A stretch of 55,104 nt of DNA from Pseudomonadota bacterium. GTDB lineage: Bacteria > Desulfobacterota > JADFVX01. Shown here piece by piece: positions 42,884 to 53,863 of this stretch. Numbering within the stretch: position 1 is the first letter of the stretch; each line of letters opens with the position of its first letter. The translations under genes and the position numbers were made by a program. Below the pieces are notes generated by a model. It made no database searches, was not told where the DNA came from, and saw nothing but the letters and a program-made list of their open reading frames with translations. Where the stretch lies: contig JADFVX010000064.1 in the NCBI GenBank assembly GCA_015222755.1, positions 1-55,104 on the forward strand, in the 5' to 3' direction.

Positions 42884-44638
42884 TTACTGCTCCCTAAGCC
42901 TGTGTTCAAGAAGTCCTTTGTTATAGGCGGAAATTATGTCCCGCCGCGAAAGCATACCGATGATCTTTCGTGGGTTTTCCTTTTTAACCACTGGAAGCTG
43001 CTCTATATTTCTTGTACCTATCTTACTTAGTGCATCGTCAAGATTTTCACCTTCTGTTATGGTAATTACCTTTTCAGTTGCCAGCTCTTTCACTACTATA
43101 AGGTCTTCCAGTCCGCTTTCAAAAACAGCTTCTCTGAAGTCCTGAAAGGATATTATTCCGCTTATAAGACCTTCACTGTCTACTACAGGAAAGTTGGCGT
43201 GCTTTGATTTCTCAAGAAATTTATTGAACTTTCGCAGCGTCATATTTTCAGGGACTGTCTGGGCGCCCTTGGCCATGGCATCTTTTACAAGGATGGATTT
43301 TAGTATGTTCACCTCTTTTCCAGCCTGAAGCTTTATTCCTTTCCTTGCCAGTTTCAAGGTGTAGATTGATTCTTTAGAGAGGAAGGAGGCAAATATAGTG
43401 CTGGTGATGCAGGTCAGCATAAGTGGAAGGATGATCTCATAGTCCGATGTCATCTCGAAAATGATCATTATTGCAGTAATAGGGGCATAAGTCGTTCCAG
43501 CTACAACGGCCCCCATCCCTACCAGTGCGTAGGCCCCCGATGTCGCCGAAAGTGCCGGAAATAAAGAGTGGGCAATCTTGCCGAAGGCCCCGCCCATTAC
43601 GGCACCTATGAAGAGGGATGGTGCAAATACCCCGCCGGAGCTGCCACTTCCCAGGCTGAGGGATGTGGCGACTATCTTCATAATGAGCAGCAATGCAAGC
43701 AGGTATAACGGAAGCTCCCCGAAAAGGGCAAGGTCGATGGTATGATAACCTACCCCGTAAATTTGCGGAACAAGCAGCCCTATGGCACCGATAAGCAGAC
43801 CGCCGATGGCCGGTTTCAGGTATTCGGGCATATTTACACGTTCATCAAAAAAATCCTCACAGCGGTAGAGACTTTTACTGAAAAATACGGCAACTGCAGC
43901 GGCGATAAATCCCAGCAGGATGTAGGCCGGTATCTCCCATGGGCTTACAAGTTCATAGCTTGGAACGAGAAGGGTCGGTTCGTCACCCCACCATGCCCTG
44001 GATATGACAGTTGCTGTAACTGCCGATATTACAAGGGGGCTGAAGGTGGAAAATGCTATGTCTCCAAGTATGATCTCCAGTGAGAACATTACTCCAGCTA
44101 TGGGCGCGTTGAATATGGCGGCTATCCCTCCTGCCGCCCCGCAGGCGACCATGGATTTCATCCTTGCGCCGGGAAAATTGAGTGCCTGCCCTATGGCGGA
44201 GCCCATGGCAGAACCTATCTGGACGATAGGGCCTTCACTTCCTACAGATGAACCTGTCCCTATGGATATGGCGGATGCGAGGGATTTTATGCCGGCCACC
44301 CTTTTTCGAATTACCCCTCCGCGGAGCGCTACGGCACTCATTACCTCAGGGACGCCGTGTCCTTTGGCCTCTCTGGCGAAGTAGTAGATAATAGGGCCGA
44401 CTATCAGGCCGCCTGCCGCCGGGACAAGTAGTTTTTTGTAGGCCGGTGCCGTCTCTACAAGATCAAAAAGCTCACCAAAACCACCGAAGAAGAGCCACTG
44501 CACCGCCTCTATCATATAATGGAACAGTATGGCGCCGCCGCCTGCAAGCAGGCCAACTATGAAGGCCATTATGGATACATAGGTGTTCTCGTGCTGCTTG
44601 ATACTATCAAACAGATTTGTGACTGTAGCTTTTGGCAC
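42884..44638 (-). CDS. ClC-family chloride channel / H+-Cl- antiporter with a C-terminal CBS pair
   Basis: Selectivity motifs GHGVPE and GSEGP, GxFAP, and two CBS domains at the C-terminus are present. Confidence 0.9.
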   Translation of the reverse strand: MPKATVTNLFDSIKQHENTYVSIMAFIVGLLAGGGAILFHYMIEAVQWLFFGGFGELFDLVETAPAYKKLLVPAAGGLIVGPIIYYFAREAKGHGVPEVMSAVALRGGVIRKRVAGIKSLASAISIGTGSSVGSEGPIVQIGSAMGSAIGQALNFPGARMKSMVACGAAGGIAAIFNAPIAGVMFSLEIILGDIAFSTFSPLVISAVTATVISRAWWGDEPTLLVPSYELVSPWEIPAYILLGFIAAAVAVFFSKSLYRCEDFFDERVNMPEYLKPAIGGLLIGAIGLLVPQIYGVGYHTIDLALFGELPLYLLALLLIMKIVATSLSLGSGSSGGVFAPSLFIGAVMGGAFGKIAHSLFPALSATSGAYALVGMGAVVAGTTYAPITAIMIIFEMTSDYEIILPLMLTCITSTIFASFLSKESIYTLKLARKGIKLQAGKEVNILKSILVKDAMAKGAQTVPENMTLRKFNKFLEKSKHANFPVVDSEGLISGIISFQDFREAVFESGLEDLIVVKELATEKVITITEGENLDDALSKIGTRNIEQLPVVKKENPRKIIGMLSRRDIISAYNKGLLEHRLREQ

Positions 44639-44639
44639 T

Positions 44640-46469
44640 TTATTCTACCGTTACACTTTTAGCGAGGTTTCTTGGCTGGTCTACATCCGTTCCCAGGTGA
44701 ACGGCAACATGGTAGGCAAGGAACTGAAGGGGTATTGAGAAAAGAAAAGGATAGAGCATGGGATCTGCCTTTGGAATAGTTATAGTGCGGTCTGCCCGGC
44801 TTGATATCTCTTTGTCACCCTCTACTACTATGGCTATGACATGCCCGTCTCTGGCCTTTACCTCTTCAAGCCCTGCAAGGACCTTGTCGTACAGGGCATC
44901 GGGAGGTGCAAGCACTACAACGGGCATTTTGTCATCTATGAGGGCAATGGGGCCGTGCTTCATCTCTCCCGCCGGGTATCCTTCGGCATGTATATAGGAA
45001 ATCTCCTTAAGTTTCAGTGCACCTTCCAGGGCGATGGGGTAATTTATTCCCCGGGCAAGGTAGAGAAAATCGCGGTATTTTGAAAAATCATGGGCTATTT
45101 TCTCAATCTCTGTCTCGGTCTCCAGTGTCTTTTCAAGAAGTGAGGGCAGGTGCTTAAGCCCTGAGATATGCTTATGGAACAAATCTTCTGACAGTAATTT
45201 TTTTGTGGAGGCTATATGCAGGGCAAGGAGGTATGTCGCGGCAAGCTGAGTGGTAAATGCCTTGGTGGAGGCAACCCCTATCTCGGGCCCTGCATGCGTA
45301 TAGATGACGCCTTCTGTCTCACGCGTCAGATTGCTGCCTACTACATTACAGATCGCCAGCGTTGCGGCACCCCTGTCTTTCGCCTCTTTGATGGCCGCAA
45401 GCGTGTCCGCTGTTTCTCCCGACTGGCTTATGCCGATGACGAGATCGTCTTTAGCTATTATGGGATCCCTGTACCTGAACTCCGATGCAATATCGACCTC
45501 CACAGGGACACGGGTAAGTGACTCAATAAGGAATTTCCCTACAAGTGCGGCATGCCATGAAGTCCCGCAGGCCAATATAAATACCTTTCTGATGCCTTTT
45601 ATTTTATCTGCCGAAATGCCAAGGTCTTCCAGGTATATCTGGCCCTTCTGCTCATTTATACGGGGCCCTATGGTATCAGCTATTGCCCTGGGCTGCTCAT
45701 GGATCTCCTTCAGCATAAAGTGGCGGTATCCACCCTTTTCTGCCATTACAGGGTCCCATGTGATCCTGGTAGTTTTGCGTTCCACTACAGTGCCGTCTTC
45801 GGCGTAGATTCTTATTCCCTCATTATCGAGGGACGCTATATCACCGTCTTCCAGGTATTTTATCTCCCGTGTTTTCCACAGTATTGCCGGGATATCCGAT
45901 GCAATATAGTTCTCACCTTCACCGATGCCCAGGACAAGAGGACTTGCCTTTCTTGCAGCTATCAGCCTTCCCGGCTCACTCTGCAGGATAAGGGCTATGG
46001 CATAGCTTCCTTCGACCCTTTTAAGCGCCTTCCTCACGGCCTTTATAATATCGTCTTCGGATCTAAAGATCTCTGAGACAAGGTGGGCTATTACTTCTGT
46101 GTCGGTTTCGGAAGTAAAACTATGTCCCGACCTTGTCAGTTCTTCCTTGAGTTGAAGGTAGTTTTCTATGATACCGTTATGGACGAGAGTTATGTGTCCG
46201 GCCTGATGCGGATGTGCGTTGATCTCAGATGGTCTGCCGTGCGTTGCCCAGCGAGTGTGTCCTATGCCGGAGGTTCCTGTTGCGGGGCTAGTTCTAAGCT
46301 CATCTTCCAGTACATGCACCTTGCCTTCTTTCCGGCGTATATCCATCCCTTCTTCGTTGCATACAGCTATGCCCGCTGAATCATAACCACGGTATTCCAG
46401 TCTTTTAAGCCCTTCCATAAGTATGGCCTGGGCCTGCTCTTTCCCGGTATATCCGACAATGCCGCACAT
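44640..46469 (-). CDS. glmS: Glutamine--fructose-6-phosphate aminotransferase
   Basis: It starts MCGIVGY (ATG 46469; the ORF-track start at 46559 lies inside glmU). Two SIS domains are present and it ends ...KSVTVE. Confidence 0.95.
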   Translation of the reverse strand: MCGIVGYTGKEQAQAILMEGLKRLEYRGYDSAGIAVCNEEGMDIRRKEGKVHVLEDELRTSPATGTSGIGHTRWATHGRPSEINAHPHQAGHITLVHNGIIENYLQLKEELTRSGHSFTSETDTEVIAHLVSEIFRSEDDIIKAVRKALKRVEGSYAIALILQSEPGRLIAARKASPLVLGIGEGENYIASDIPAILWKTREIKYLEDGDIASLDNEGIRIYAEDGTVVERKTTRITWDPVMAEKGGYRHFMLKEIHEQPRAIADTIGPRINEQKGQIYLEDLGISADKIKGIRKVFILACGTSWHAALVGKFLIESLTRVPVEVDIASEFRYRDPIIAKDDLVIGISQSGETADTLAAIKEAKDRGAATLAICNVVGSNLTRETEGVIYTHAGPEIGVASTKAFTTQLAATYLLALHIASTKKLLSEDLFHKHISGLKHLPSLLEKTLETETEIEKIAHDFSKYRDFLYLARGINYPIALEGALKLKEISYIHAEGYPAGEMKHGPIALIDDKMPVVVLAPPDALYDKVLAGLEEVKARDGHVIAIVVEGDKEISSRADRTITIPKADPMLYPFLFSIPLQFLAYHVAVHLGTDVDQPRNLAKSVTVE

Positions 46470-46470
46470 A

Positions 46471-47850
46471 TTATTTTGCCTCTTTGTTTTTCTTTTTTGT
46501 CCAGTCCGGAAGGGTCTTCTGCTCTGTTCTGGTAAGAGAAAGCGCTTCAGGGGGAACATCCTTTGTTATTGTCGAACCGGCCCCTATGATGGAGCCGCTT
46601 CCCACCCTGACAGGCGCCACGAGATTCGTTCCACTGCCTATAAATGCCCCATCCTCAATGACTGTCTGGAACTTGTTTTTTCCATCATAGTTGCAGGTTA
46701 TCGTTCCGGCACCCACATTGACCCCGCTGCCTATATCGGCATCACCTATGTATGACAGATGGCTTACCTTGCTACCCTCTCCTATAGTGGCCTTTTTGAT
46801 CTCTACAAAGTTACCCGCCTTGGCAGCGTTTTTAAGGACAGCCCCCGGTCTCAGGTGAGCAAAGGGGCCTACTGTAGTATCCTCTCCCAGTTTAGCCCCG
46901 GTGATAACACAGTAGGGTTTGATGTGAGACCTGTCTGAAATAAGGGAGTCTTTTATGACCGTGCCAGTCTCTATGATGCAGTCTTTACCCACGCTGCATC
47001 CTGATTCCAGACTTACCTGAGGGTATACGACGGAGCCAGCCCCGATATTGACATCAATATCTATGTAGGTATTATCAGGGTCTTTGATAGTGACACCTGA
47101 GAGCATAAGTCTGTCCAGTACCCTTTGAGCCATAGCCTTTTCGGCAATGGCAAGATCCTTCCGGCTGTTGACGCCCATGATCTCCAGATTGTCGTTTATA
47201 GTGGTCCAGCCGACGCGCCTGCCCATTTCCCGGCCTATCTTTATTATATCTGTGAGGTAATACTCCCCCTGCGCATTGATGTTGCCGACCCTGTCAAGCG
47301 CCTCAAACAGAAAATCACCGCTCACGCAGTAGATTCCGCTGTTTATCTCACGGATCTGCTTTTCTTCTGTGCTTGCGTCCTTTTCCTCCACTATCTTAAG
47401 TATCTCATCACCATCTTTGATGATGCGGCCATAGCCGTTTGGGTCGGCCACTTCGGCGCTTAGAACTGTGACGCTGTTCTTTTCCGTCATGTGAGACTGG
47501 ACAAAGCCTTCAAGTGTGGATTTTGTGAAGAGGGGCACATCGCCGCACAGGATAACGATGGGCAGGCTCTTGTCGCTCACTGCATCCTTGCAGACCATTA
47601 CGGCATGGCCTGTTCCCAACTGTTCTTCCTGGGTAACGAAGCTGACTTTTTTGTCACTCAGTTCATCTTTTACAGATTCCGCCCCGTGCCCGATCACTGT
47701 GATGATTTCGCTTGCACCGGCACTCTCAGCAACTTGAATCGGGAAGTGTATCATAGCTCTTCCGCAGACGGGGTGCAGCACTTTGGGGAGGTCGGACTTC
47801 ATCCGTGTCCCCTTTCCGGCTGCAAGTATTATGGTGGTAAATTTTATCAA
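46471..47850 (-). CDS. glmU: Bifunctional UDP-N-acetylglucosamine pyrophosphorylase / glucosamine-1-phosphate N-acetyltransferase
   Basis: LAAGKGTRM and C-terminal hexapeptide repeats are present. The likely TTG start at 47850 overlaps the hslV TGA (TTGA); the ORF-track ATG 47889 would overlap hslV by 43 nt. Confidence 0.9.
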   Translation of the reverse strand: MIKFTTIILAAGKGTRMKSDLPKVLHPVCGRAMIHFPIQVAESAGASEIITVIGHGAESVKDELSDKKVSFVTQEEQLGTGHAVMVCKDAVSDKSLPIVILCGDVPLFTKSTLEGFVQSHMTEKNSVTVLSAEVADPNGYGRIIKDGDEILKIVEEKDASTEEKQIREINSGIYCVSGDFLFEALDRVGNINAQGEYYLTDIIKIGREMGRRVGWTTINDNLEIMGVNSRKDLAIAEKAMAQRVLDRLMLSGVTIKDPDNTYIDIDVNIGAGSVVYPQVSLESGCSVGKDCIIETGTVIKDSLISDRSHIKPYCVITGAKLGEDTTVGPFAHLRPGAVLKNAAKAGNFVEIKKATIGEGSKVSHLSYIGDADIGSGVNVGAGTITCNYDGKNKFQTVIEDGAFIGSGTNLVAPVRVGSGSIIGAGSTITKDVPPEALSLTRTEQKTLPDWTKKKNKEAK

Positions 47851-48401
47851 AGCTCTTCCAGAACTATATTGTTGTTTGTATATATGCATATGTCGGCTGC
47901 AGTATGCAGGGCCTCTTCGGCTATCTTTGCTGCATCAAGATCGGAATATTTTATAAGGGCACGTGCTGCCGCCAGGGCATAGGGGCCACCTGAACCTATG
48001 GCTGCAATACCGTCATCGGGTTCTATTACATCGCCGTTACCTGAGATGATAAAGGAGTTTTCACTGTCAGCGACTATCATCAGGGCCTCAAGTCTTCTGA
48101 GCACCTTGTCGGTACGCCAGTCCTTTGCCAGCTCAACAGCAGATCTCGTAAGGTTGCCGTTGTACTGCTCCAGTTTTTTTTCAAAACGCTCAAACAGGGT
48201 AAAGGCGTCGGCTGTCGCCCCGGCAAAGCCTGCAAGAACGCCTTCCTTGTAAAGCCTTCTTACCTTTCTCGCCTTGTGTTTCATTATGGTGCTGCCTGTC
48301 GTTACCTGCCCGTCTCCAGCAAGGGCCACTTTTTTTCCTTTACGTACCGCTACAATTGTAGTGCCTCTTATCATCGAATGCTTTCCCTTGTCATCACTCA
48401 T
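47847..48401 (-). CDS. hslV: ATP-dependent protease subunit HslV
   Basis: The GTTIVAVR catalytic Thr region and GDGQVT are present. An ATGA overlap links it to the xerC stop. Confidence 0.9.
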   Translation of the reverse strand: MSDDKGKHSMIRGTTIVAVRKGKKVALAGDGQVTTGSTIMKHKARKVRRLYKEGVLAGFAGATADAFTLFERFEKKLEQYNGNLTRSAVELAKDWRTDKVLRRLEALMIVADSENSFIISGNGDVIEPDDGIAAIGSGGPYALAAARALIKYSDLDAAKIAEEALHTAADICIYTNNNIVLEEL

Positions 48402-49306
48402 TGTTTTTTTGCCCTCGGATGGGCCTTGTCGTATACTTCCATCAGCCTGTCGGTGGTTATGTGTGTATATTTCTGTGTTGTGGAAAGGCTTGCATGTCCC
48501 AGCAGTTCCTGTATGCCCCTGAGGTCCGCACCTGCATCGAGTAGATGGGTGGCAAATGAGTGGCGCAGCGTGTGCGGACTTCCTTTGCCCGGTATGCCCC
48601 CTTTGCGTAGGTATTTCTCCAGTATCCTGGCTATACTCCTTGCCGTCAGACGTCCTCCTCGCAGGTTGAGGAAAATGGCCTTGTCATCCTGTTCCTTGCC
48701 GAACTCATTCCGTACATCAAGGTACCTAGATATTGCGTCAAGGGCTTTCCCGCCTACCGGTATAAGCCTCTCTTTTCTGCCCTTACCGAGCACCTTGATC
48801 ATTTCCTGGCGGATATTTATATCTTCTATGTCCAAGCCTGCCAGTTCCGATACACGAAGCCCCGAGGAATAAAGAAGCTCCAGAATGGCCCTGTCCCTCG
48901 CTGCTGCGGATTTTTCGCCCTTTGGCGCATCCATAAGCCTGAAAATATCATCTACGGAGAAAAACGTGGGCAGCCGTTTTTCCGTCTTTGGTGTGGCTAC
49001 GCCCTCAAGGGGGTTTGAACTGATAATCCCCTCTCTAAGCAAAAAACGGTAAAAACTTTTTAGAGATGCAAGTTTTCTCCCTATAGAATTTTTTGAATTT
49101 TCTTTATGCAGATGCGCCAGGTATCTTCTTACAGCAAGATGATCTATATTTAAAATATCCCGCTTGTTTATGCCCTCCGAGCTATCCTTGAGAAAGGCAT
49201 CAAACTGGTTTATATCGCTTATGTAATTACGGATAGTATGGACGGAGGCGTTTTTCTCAAATTTCAGGTAGCGCTCAAACTCCTTGATATGTTCCTCAAT
49301 GCTCAT
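48398..49306 (-). CDS. xerC: Tyrosine recombinase XerC/XerD family
   Basis: The R..HxxR..Y catalytic pattern ([12 protein letters not shown] ... [14 protein letters not shown]) is present. It sits upstream of hslV, as in many bacteria. Confidence 0.9.
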   Translation of the reverse strand: MSIEEHIKEFERYLKFEKNASVHTIRNYISDINQFDAFLKDSSEGINKRDILNIDHLAVRRYLAHLHKENSKNSIGRKLASLKSFYRFLLREGIISSNPLEGVATPKTEKRLPTFFSVDDIFRLMDAPKGEKSAAARDRAILELLYSSGLRVSELAGLDIEDINIRQEMIKVLGKGRKERLIPVGGKALDAISRYLDVRNEFGKEQDDKAIFLNLRGGRLTARSIARILEKYLRKGGIPGKGSPHTLRHSFATHLLDAGADLRGIQELLGHASLSTTQKYTHITTDRLMEVYDKAHPRAKKQ

Positions 49307-49537
49307 AAATATGCCTGTCCACTTTAAGATAATTTAATACCATAAATAGAATAATTATTCCAATAAAATCCCTTTGTGGCGGCAGATTAGATCTAGACAT
49401 TGGCAGTAGTTTTTAGAGGGGGGAGAGGTAATTAAAAAAGTAGAAGCATCTCTGACCAAGATCCCCTATCCTCTTTTCTTTGTCTTTTCCCCCGTCTTGT
49501 GGTAAAAAAGAGAGCAATTAGGGGAGCTTAAAGGGAT

Positions 49538-50092
49538 ATGAAGACAAAATATATAAACAAGCGTATCGACTACACTGGGAAGGAACTGCACTCCCACTTT
49601 GCCTACAAGCATTTTGACATAATGGGGGAATCCCTTGTCGCTTTTTCGGGAGGCTGTGAAGTGAAGATAGGAGACCTTGTAGACCTTGCCGACGTGAAGG
49701 AAAAGGCGGGCATTTACAGTGAGGACATGCTCCACTTTATAGGCGAGTTTTTTGACCATGACCTTGACAGGACCATCCTCAGACAGCGCCTTCTTATAGC
49801 CATAATCAAGGACGTCGTGGCCGAACTTTCGGGCTGCCCCGTCGTCCGCAGAGGGGACGACATCTATGAGGGGGAGGACAAGCTGAGCGTCTCCATCGCC
49901 ACGCTGACCCCTGTTTCCGGAATAATACATACGGGCATCAATATCTCATCGAAAAATACCCCTGTTCCTACGAAGGGCCTTAAGGACTACGGCATAGAAA
50001 CGCAAGCCTTCGCCAAAACAGTGCTGGACAGGTTTGCCAAAGAGATGGAAGATGTAAATGTGGCTCGCTGCAAGGTGCGTGGTGTTTCCTGA
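49538..50092 (+). CDS. DUF366-family protein
   Basis: 184 aa. The call comes from sequence recollection and from its position directly upstream of a QueE-like radical SAM gene, a known DUF366 context. Confidence 0.6.
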   Translation: MKTKYINKRIDYTGKELHSHFAYKHFDIMGESLVAFSGGCEVKIGDLVDLADVKEKAGIYSEDMLHFIGEFFDHDLDRTILRQRLLIAIIKDVVAELSGCPVVRRGDDIYEGEDKLSVSIATLTPVSGIIHTGINISSKNTPVPTKGLKDYGIETQAFAKTVLDRFAKEMEDVNVARCKVRGVS

Positions 50093-50095
50093 ACC

Positions 50096-50848
50096 ATGAG
50101 CGGTGGAGCCTTTCTTTCTGAGATATTTTCCTCCATACAGGGTGAGGGGCCTTATATTGGGATGCGCCAGGTCTTCGTGCGTTTTCTGGACTGTAACCTT
50201 GACTGCAGCTACTGCGATACGGAGAACAAACGTGCAGTGCTAAGGGAGTGCCGCATAGAAAAGGAGGCTGGGATCGGTCTCTTCAGCTATCTTCCAAACC
50301 CCGTCTCAATAGATGAACTTGAGGCCTCACTGACTGCCCTCGAAGGCTTTGACGGTCTCCACCACTCCATCAGCATCACCGGAGGAGAGCCTCTGCTTCA
50401 GGCAGAGTTTATCAGGGGCTGGCTGGAGGCAGCAAAGAAAAGACGGGCGATATATCTGGAGACGAACGGAACCTTGCCGGAGAAGCTTAAATCGCTTATC
50501 GACAAGATCGATATCATCTCCATGGATATAAAGCTGCCGGGAACAGGTGCAATAGCCCCGCAGTGGGAGGCCCACCGCAGCTTTCTTGAAATTGCGGCGG
50601 AAAGAGAGGTCTTTGTCAAGGTCGTAGTCTCTGCCGCCACCAAGGATGGGGAATTAGACCATGCCCTTGAGATTATAGAGTCTGTCAATGCCGCCATCCC
50701 GCTTGTCATACAAGCTATGACCGTTGACGGGCGGCCAGATGAGGGGCTGAGCCCAAGGCGGATTTTCGATATCCAGGAGCGGGCGTCAAGGCGACTTAAA
50801 GACGTAAGGATCATACCGCAGACACACAAGATTACAGGTGTACTCTAA
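50096..50848 (+). CDS. QueE-like radical SAM protein (7-carboxy-7-deazaguanine synthase family)
   Basis: The N-terminus reads [34 protein letters not shown], which is the QueE signature including CxxxCxxC. Confidence 0.85.
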   Translation: MSGGAFLSEIFSSIQGEGPYIGMRQVFVRFLDCNLDCSYCDTENKRAVLRECRIEKEAGIGLFSYLPNPVSIDELEASLTALEGFDGLHHSISITGGEPLLQAEFIRGWLEAAKKRRAIYLETNGTLPEKLKSLIDKIDIISMDIKLPGTGAIAPQWEAHRSFLEIAAEREVFVKVVVSAATKDGELDHALEIIESVNAAIPLVIQAMTVDGRPDEGLSPRRIFDIQERASRRLKDVRIIPQTHKITGVL

Positions 50849-50859
50849 AGGAGGTTGCA

Positions 50860-52326
50860 TTGGTTTTTAATGACCTGAGAGAATTTATAAAAGATCTCGA
50901 AAAGAAGGGGGAACTGCTCCGCATCAAGGCAGAGGTAGACCCGTATCTGGAGATGACGGAGATACAAAAGAGGGTGCTCGAAGAAGGCGGCCCTGCCTTG
51001 TTGTTTGAAAACGTGAAGGGCCATGATATGCCGGCCCTTGGGAACCTCTTCGGTACTGTAGAAAGGGTGGCCATGGCCATAGGCAAAAAACCCGAGGAGT
51101 TGAGAGAGGTGGGAGAACTGCTGGCCTATCTCAAACAGCCTGAGCCACCAAAGGGAATGAGGGACGCCCTTGGCAAACTGCCTATACTAAAGCAGATGCT
51201 GAATATGCCGCCAAAGATGGTCTCCAAGGCTCCCTGCCAGCAGGTGGTGCTGGAAGGTGACAAGGTGGATCTCGACAAATTTCCCATCCAGTCATGCTGG
51301 CCGAATGAACCTGCACCTCTTATCACCTGGCCTCTGGTAGTCACCAAAGACCCTGAGACAGAACTGCATAACGTCGGTATATACCGCATGCAGAAGATTG
51401 GGAAAGACAAGGCCATCATGCGCTGGCTCCACCATAGAGGCGGAGCCATACAGCATGAGAAGTGGAAGGCCCTCGGTAAGAACACCCCATGTGCTATAGC
51501 GCTGGGAGCAGACCCCGGGATGATACTTGCCGCTGTGACCCCTGTGCCAGAGACCCTATCGGAGTATTCCTTTGCGGGACTACTTCGCGGCGGAAAAGTT
51601 GAATTGACCGAATGCAAAACACTGCCCCTAAAAGTTCCTGCCTCAGCAGAGATCATCCTCGAAGGTGAGGTAAGTATGGAGGAGACGGCACCGGAGGGCC
51701 CTTATGGCGACCATACCGGTTACTACAACGCAGCCGAGCCCTTTCCTGTCTTTAATATCAAGTGCATCACGCACAGGAAAGACCCCATATACATGACCAC
51801 CTTCACCGGCCGTCCTCCAGATGAGCCTGCAATCCTGGCGCTGGCCCTTAACGAGATCTTCGTGCCGCTACTAAAGCAGGCCTTCCCGGAGATAGTCGAT
51901 TTCCACCTCCCCATGGAGGCATGCTCATACCGTATGGCTGTAGTGTCGATCAAAAAGCAGTATGCCGGACATGCCAAGCGGATCATGATGGGGGTCTGGA
52001 GCTTCCTGCGCCAGTTCATGTACACCAAGTATATAATCGTCGTAGATGAAGATATCGATGTAAGGTCATGGAAGGACGTTATATGGGCGATTTCCACACG
52101 AGTAGACCCGTTGCGGGATACCACAATGATAGACCGGACCCCTATAGACTACCTCGATTTCGCATCACCCCTTGACTCCCTTGGCTCCAAGATGGGGATA
52201 GATGCAACCAACAAGATCGGCTCAGAGATCACCCGTGAATGGGGAACGCCGATCAAAATGGACGAGGAGATTGTCAGGCGCGTTACAGAGAGGTGGGAGG
52301 AGTTGGGCTTGGGAAAAGGGAAGTAA
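50860..52326 (+). CDS. UbiD-family (prenyl-FMN-dependent) decarboxylase
   Basis: A TTG start lies 5 nt after AAGGAGG. The N-terminus DLREFI..LEKKGEL.RI...VDP.LE..EI and the 488-aa length are typical of UbiD. Confidence 0.88.
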   Translation: MVFNDLREFIKDLEKKGELLRIKAEVDPYLEMTEIQKRVLEEGGPALLFENVKGHDMPALGNLFGTVERVAMAIGKKPEELREVGELLAYLKQPEPPKGMRDALGKLPILKQMLNMPPKMVSKAPCQQVVLEGDKVDLDKFPIQSCWPNEPAPLITWPLVVTKDPETELHNVGIYRMQKIGKDKAIMRWLHHRGGAIQHEKWKALGKNTPCAIALGADPGMILAAVTPVPETLSEYSFAGLLRGGKVELTECKTLPLKVPASAEIILEGEVSMEETAPEGPYGDHTGYYNAAEPFPVFNIKCITHRKDPIYMTTFTGRPPDEPAILALALNEIFVPLLKQAFPEIVDFHLPMEACSYRMAVVSIKKQYAGHAKRIMMGVWSFLRQFMYTKYIIVVDEDIDVRSWKDVIWAISTRVDPLRDTTMIDRTPIDYLDFASPLDSLGSKMGIDATNKIGSEITREWGTPIKMDEEIVRRVTERWEELGLGKGK

Positions 52327-52426
52327 TGTTAGTACTTTAAGAGGGATTGTGGTATAAGATTGTTGTTGATTATGGGATTTGCCGGAGTAGTTAATTTTTA
52401 CCAATCTATCCAGGGGTATAAGCGCT

Positions 52427-53863
52427 TTGGACGAGAAAGAAAAAAATAAAGACAGGCTTTCAAAAAAAGCCTTTAGCTATTTCCTTAGAATGAGCATTGC
52501 CCGCAAGATGCTTGTCGGGTATATCTCGTTGCTTGGACTCCTCTTTATAGTGTCCTTCTATACACTAAGCAACCTGAACAGGTTAAACCTGCTGAACCAA
52601 AGTATTCTTGAAATTGATGTGCCTATTATTCAGGCGACTGGCAGCATGCTTGATGAGGTACTGGCACAGGAGAGCTACATCCGCCGCTATGTCCTTCTTG
52701 GCTCTCCTGAGATACTGAAACTGTTCTGGGAAAAAGGCAGATCTTTTGAGGAACATGTAAAGCTGCTAGACTCACTTAAACGAACCCCCCCCTTACCTGT
52801 TAAAAAACTTGCTGCTCTACATAAAAAGTACAGTGACGCTTTAATTGGAGGGGTTAAAGACCTCTCCTCGCCGGGCTCGGAGCTGTCAGATGACTTAGAT
52901 AGATCTATCAAGGCCCAACAGGAAAACATAGTTGCACTACTGAAAAGTATGGCAACTGAGGTCAGGGAAGGCCAGAACAAAAAGAATGCCGAGATAGCCA
53001 ATATAGGAAGCCTTGCCTTCAAGATCTCTGTAATGCTTTGCTTAACGGGCTTCATATTTTCCGTCGGTTTTTTTATCTTTATCACCATCAATATATCCGG
53101 CGCGATCAACAAACTTAAGCTGGCAACACAAAAAATATCTGAAGGGGATTTTGATTATAAGCCAAATATACAGAACAAGGATGAGATAGGCGATCTGGCA
53201 GCCTCTTTTGTCAAGATGGCTGGACGCCTCAAGAAACTGGAGGAGATGTATATTGATGCCAGCCCCCTGACACGCCTCCCAGGTGGCATTGCCGTGGAAA
53301 ATATAGTCAAGAAAAGACTAAGGGATAATACCCCTATGGCATTTTGTCTTATGGACCTAGACAATTTCAAGGCCTATAATGATAATTATGGCTATGGCAA
53401 AGGGAATGAAATGATAATAGCAACTGCAAATATAATTGAAAAGGCATCTAAAGAGTTCGGGGGCAAAAATGACTTTGTCGGTCATATAGGTGGAGATGAC
53501 TTTGTCCTCGTCGCCGATGCAGATAGTTTCAATGAAACATGTGACAATATTGTAAAGACCTTTGATAGGGAAGTCCCGGGCTTTTATAATGAAGCAGATG
53601 TGAAAAGGGGTCATATCGATGCTGCAGACAGGCAGGGCAATGCCAGGCAGTTCCCGCTGGCTAGCCTCTCAATAGCTGTTGTTACCAATAGAGAGAGAAA
53701 TGTAAGCAGTCATATTGTTTTTGGAGAGATCGCTGCGGAGCTTAAAGAATATGCCAAGTCGATACCAGGTAGTGTCTATGTTGTTGACCACAGAAGGAAT
53801 GGAGTGAATCCTGCAGAAAAAATGCCTGAGAATACGAAGCCGAATAAAAGTGGAGAGGACTGA
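52427..53863 (+). CDS. Membrane sensor: CHASE3-like periplasmic domain + HAMP + GGDEF-family domain with a GGDDF motif
   Basis: Layout is TM1, a helical periplasmic domain, TM2, HAMP (DEIGDLAASF), then a GGDEF fold with HIGGDDF at nt 53489-53503. The start is uncertain between TTG 52427 and ATG 52490. Confidence 0.8.
   Translation: MDEKEKNKDRLSKKAFSYFLRMSIARKMLVGYISLLGLLFIVSFYTLSNLNRLNLLNQSILEIDVPIIQATGSMLDEVLAQESYIRRYVLLGSPEILKLFWEKGRSFEEHVKLLDSLKRTPPLPVKKLAALHKKYSDALIGGVKDLSSPGSELSDDLDRSIKAQQENIVALLKSMATEVREGQNKKNAEIANIGSLAFKISVMLCLTGFIFSVGFFIFITINISGAINKLKLATQKISEGDFDYKPNIQNKDEIGDLAASFVKMAGRLKKLEEMYIDASPLTRLPGGIAVENIVKKRLRDNTPMAFCLMDLDNFKAYNDNYGYGKGNEMIIATANIIEKASKEFGGKNDFVGHIGGDDFVLVADADSFNETCDNIVKTFDREVPGFYNEADVKRGHIDAADRQGNARQFPLASLSIAVVTNRERNVSSHIVFGEIAAELKEYAKSIPGSVYVVDHRRNGVNPAEKMPENTKPNKSGED

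Noticed and set aside
49349-49360. 12-bp palindrome GAATAATTATTC upstream of xerC as a possible dif site
   Set aside because: It does not resemble the 28-bp dif consensus (two XerC/D arms around a 6-bp spacer). It is AT-rich and short enough to arise by chance.
49466-49930. 154-aa minus-strand ORF overlapping the DUF366 gene
   Set aside because: The plus-strand ORF has an RBS, a coherent protein-like sequence and sits in an operon with queE-like/ubiD. The minus-strand product looks like an antisense artefact.
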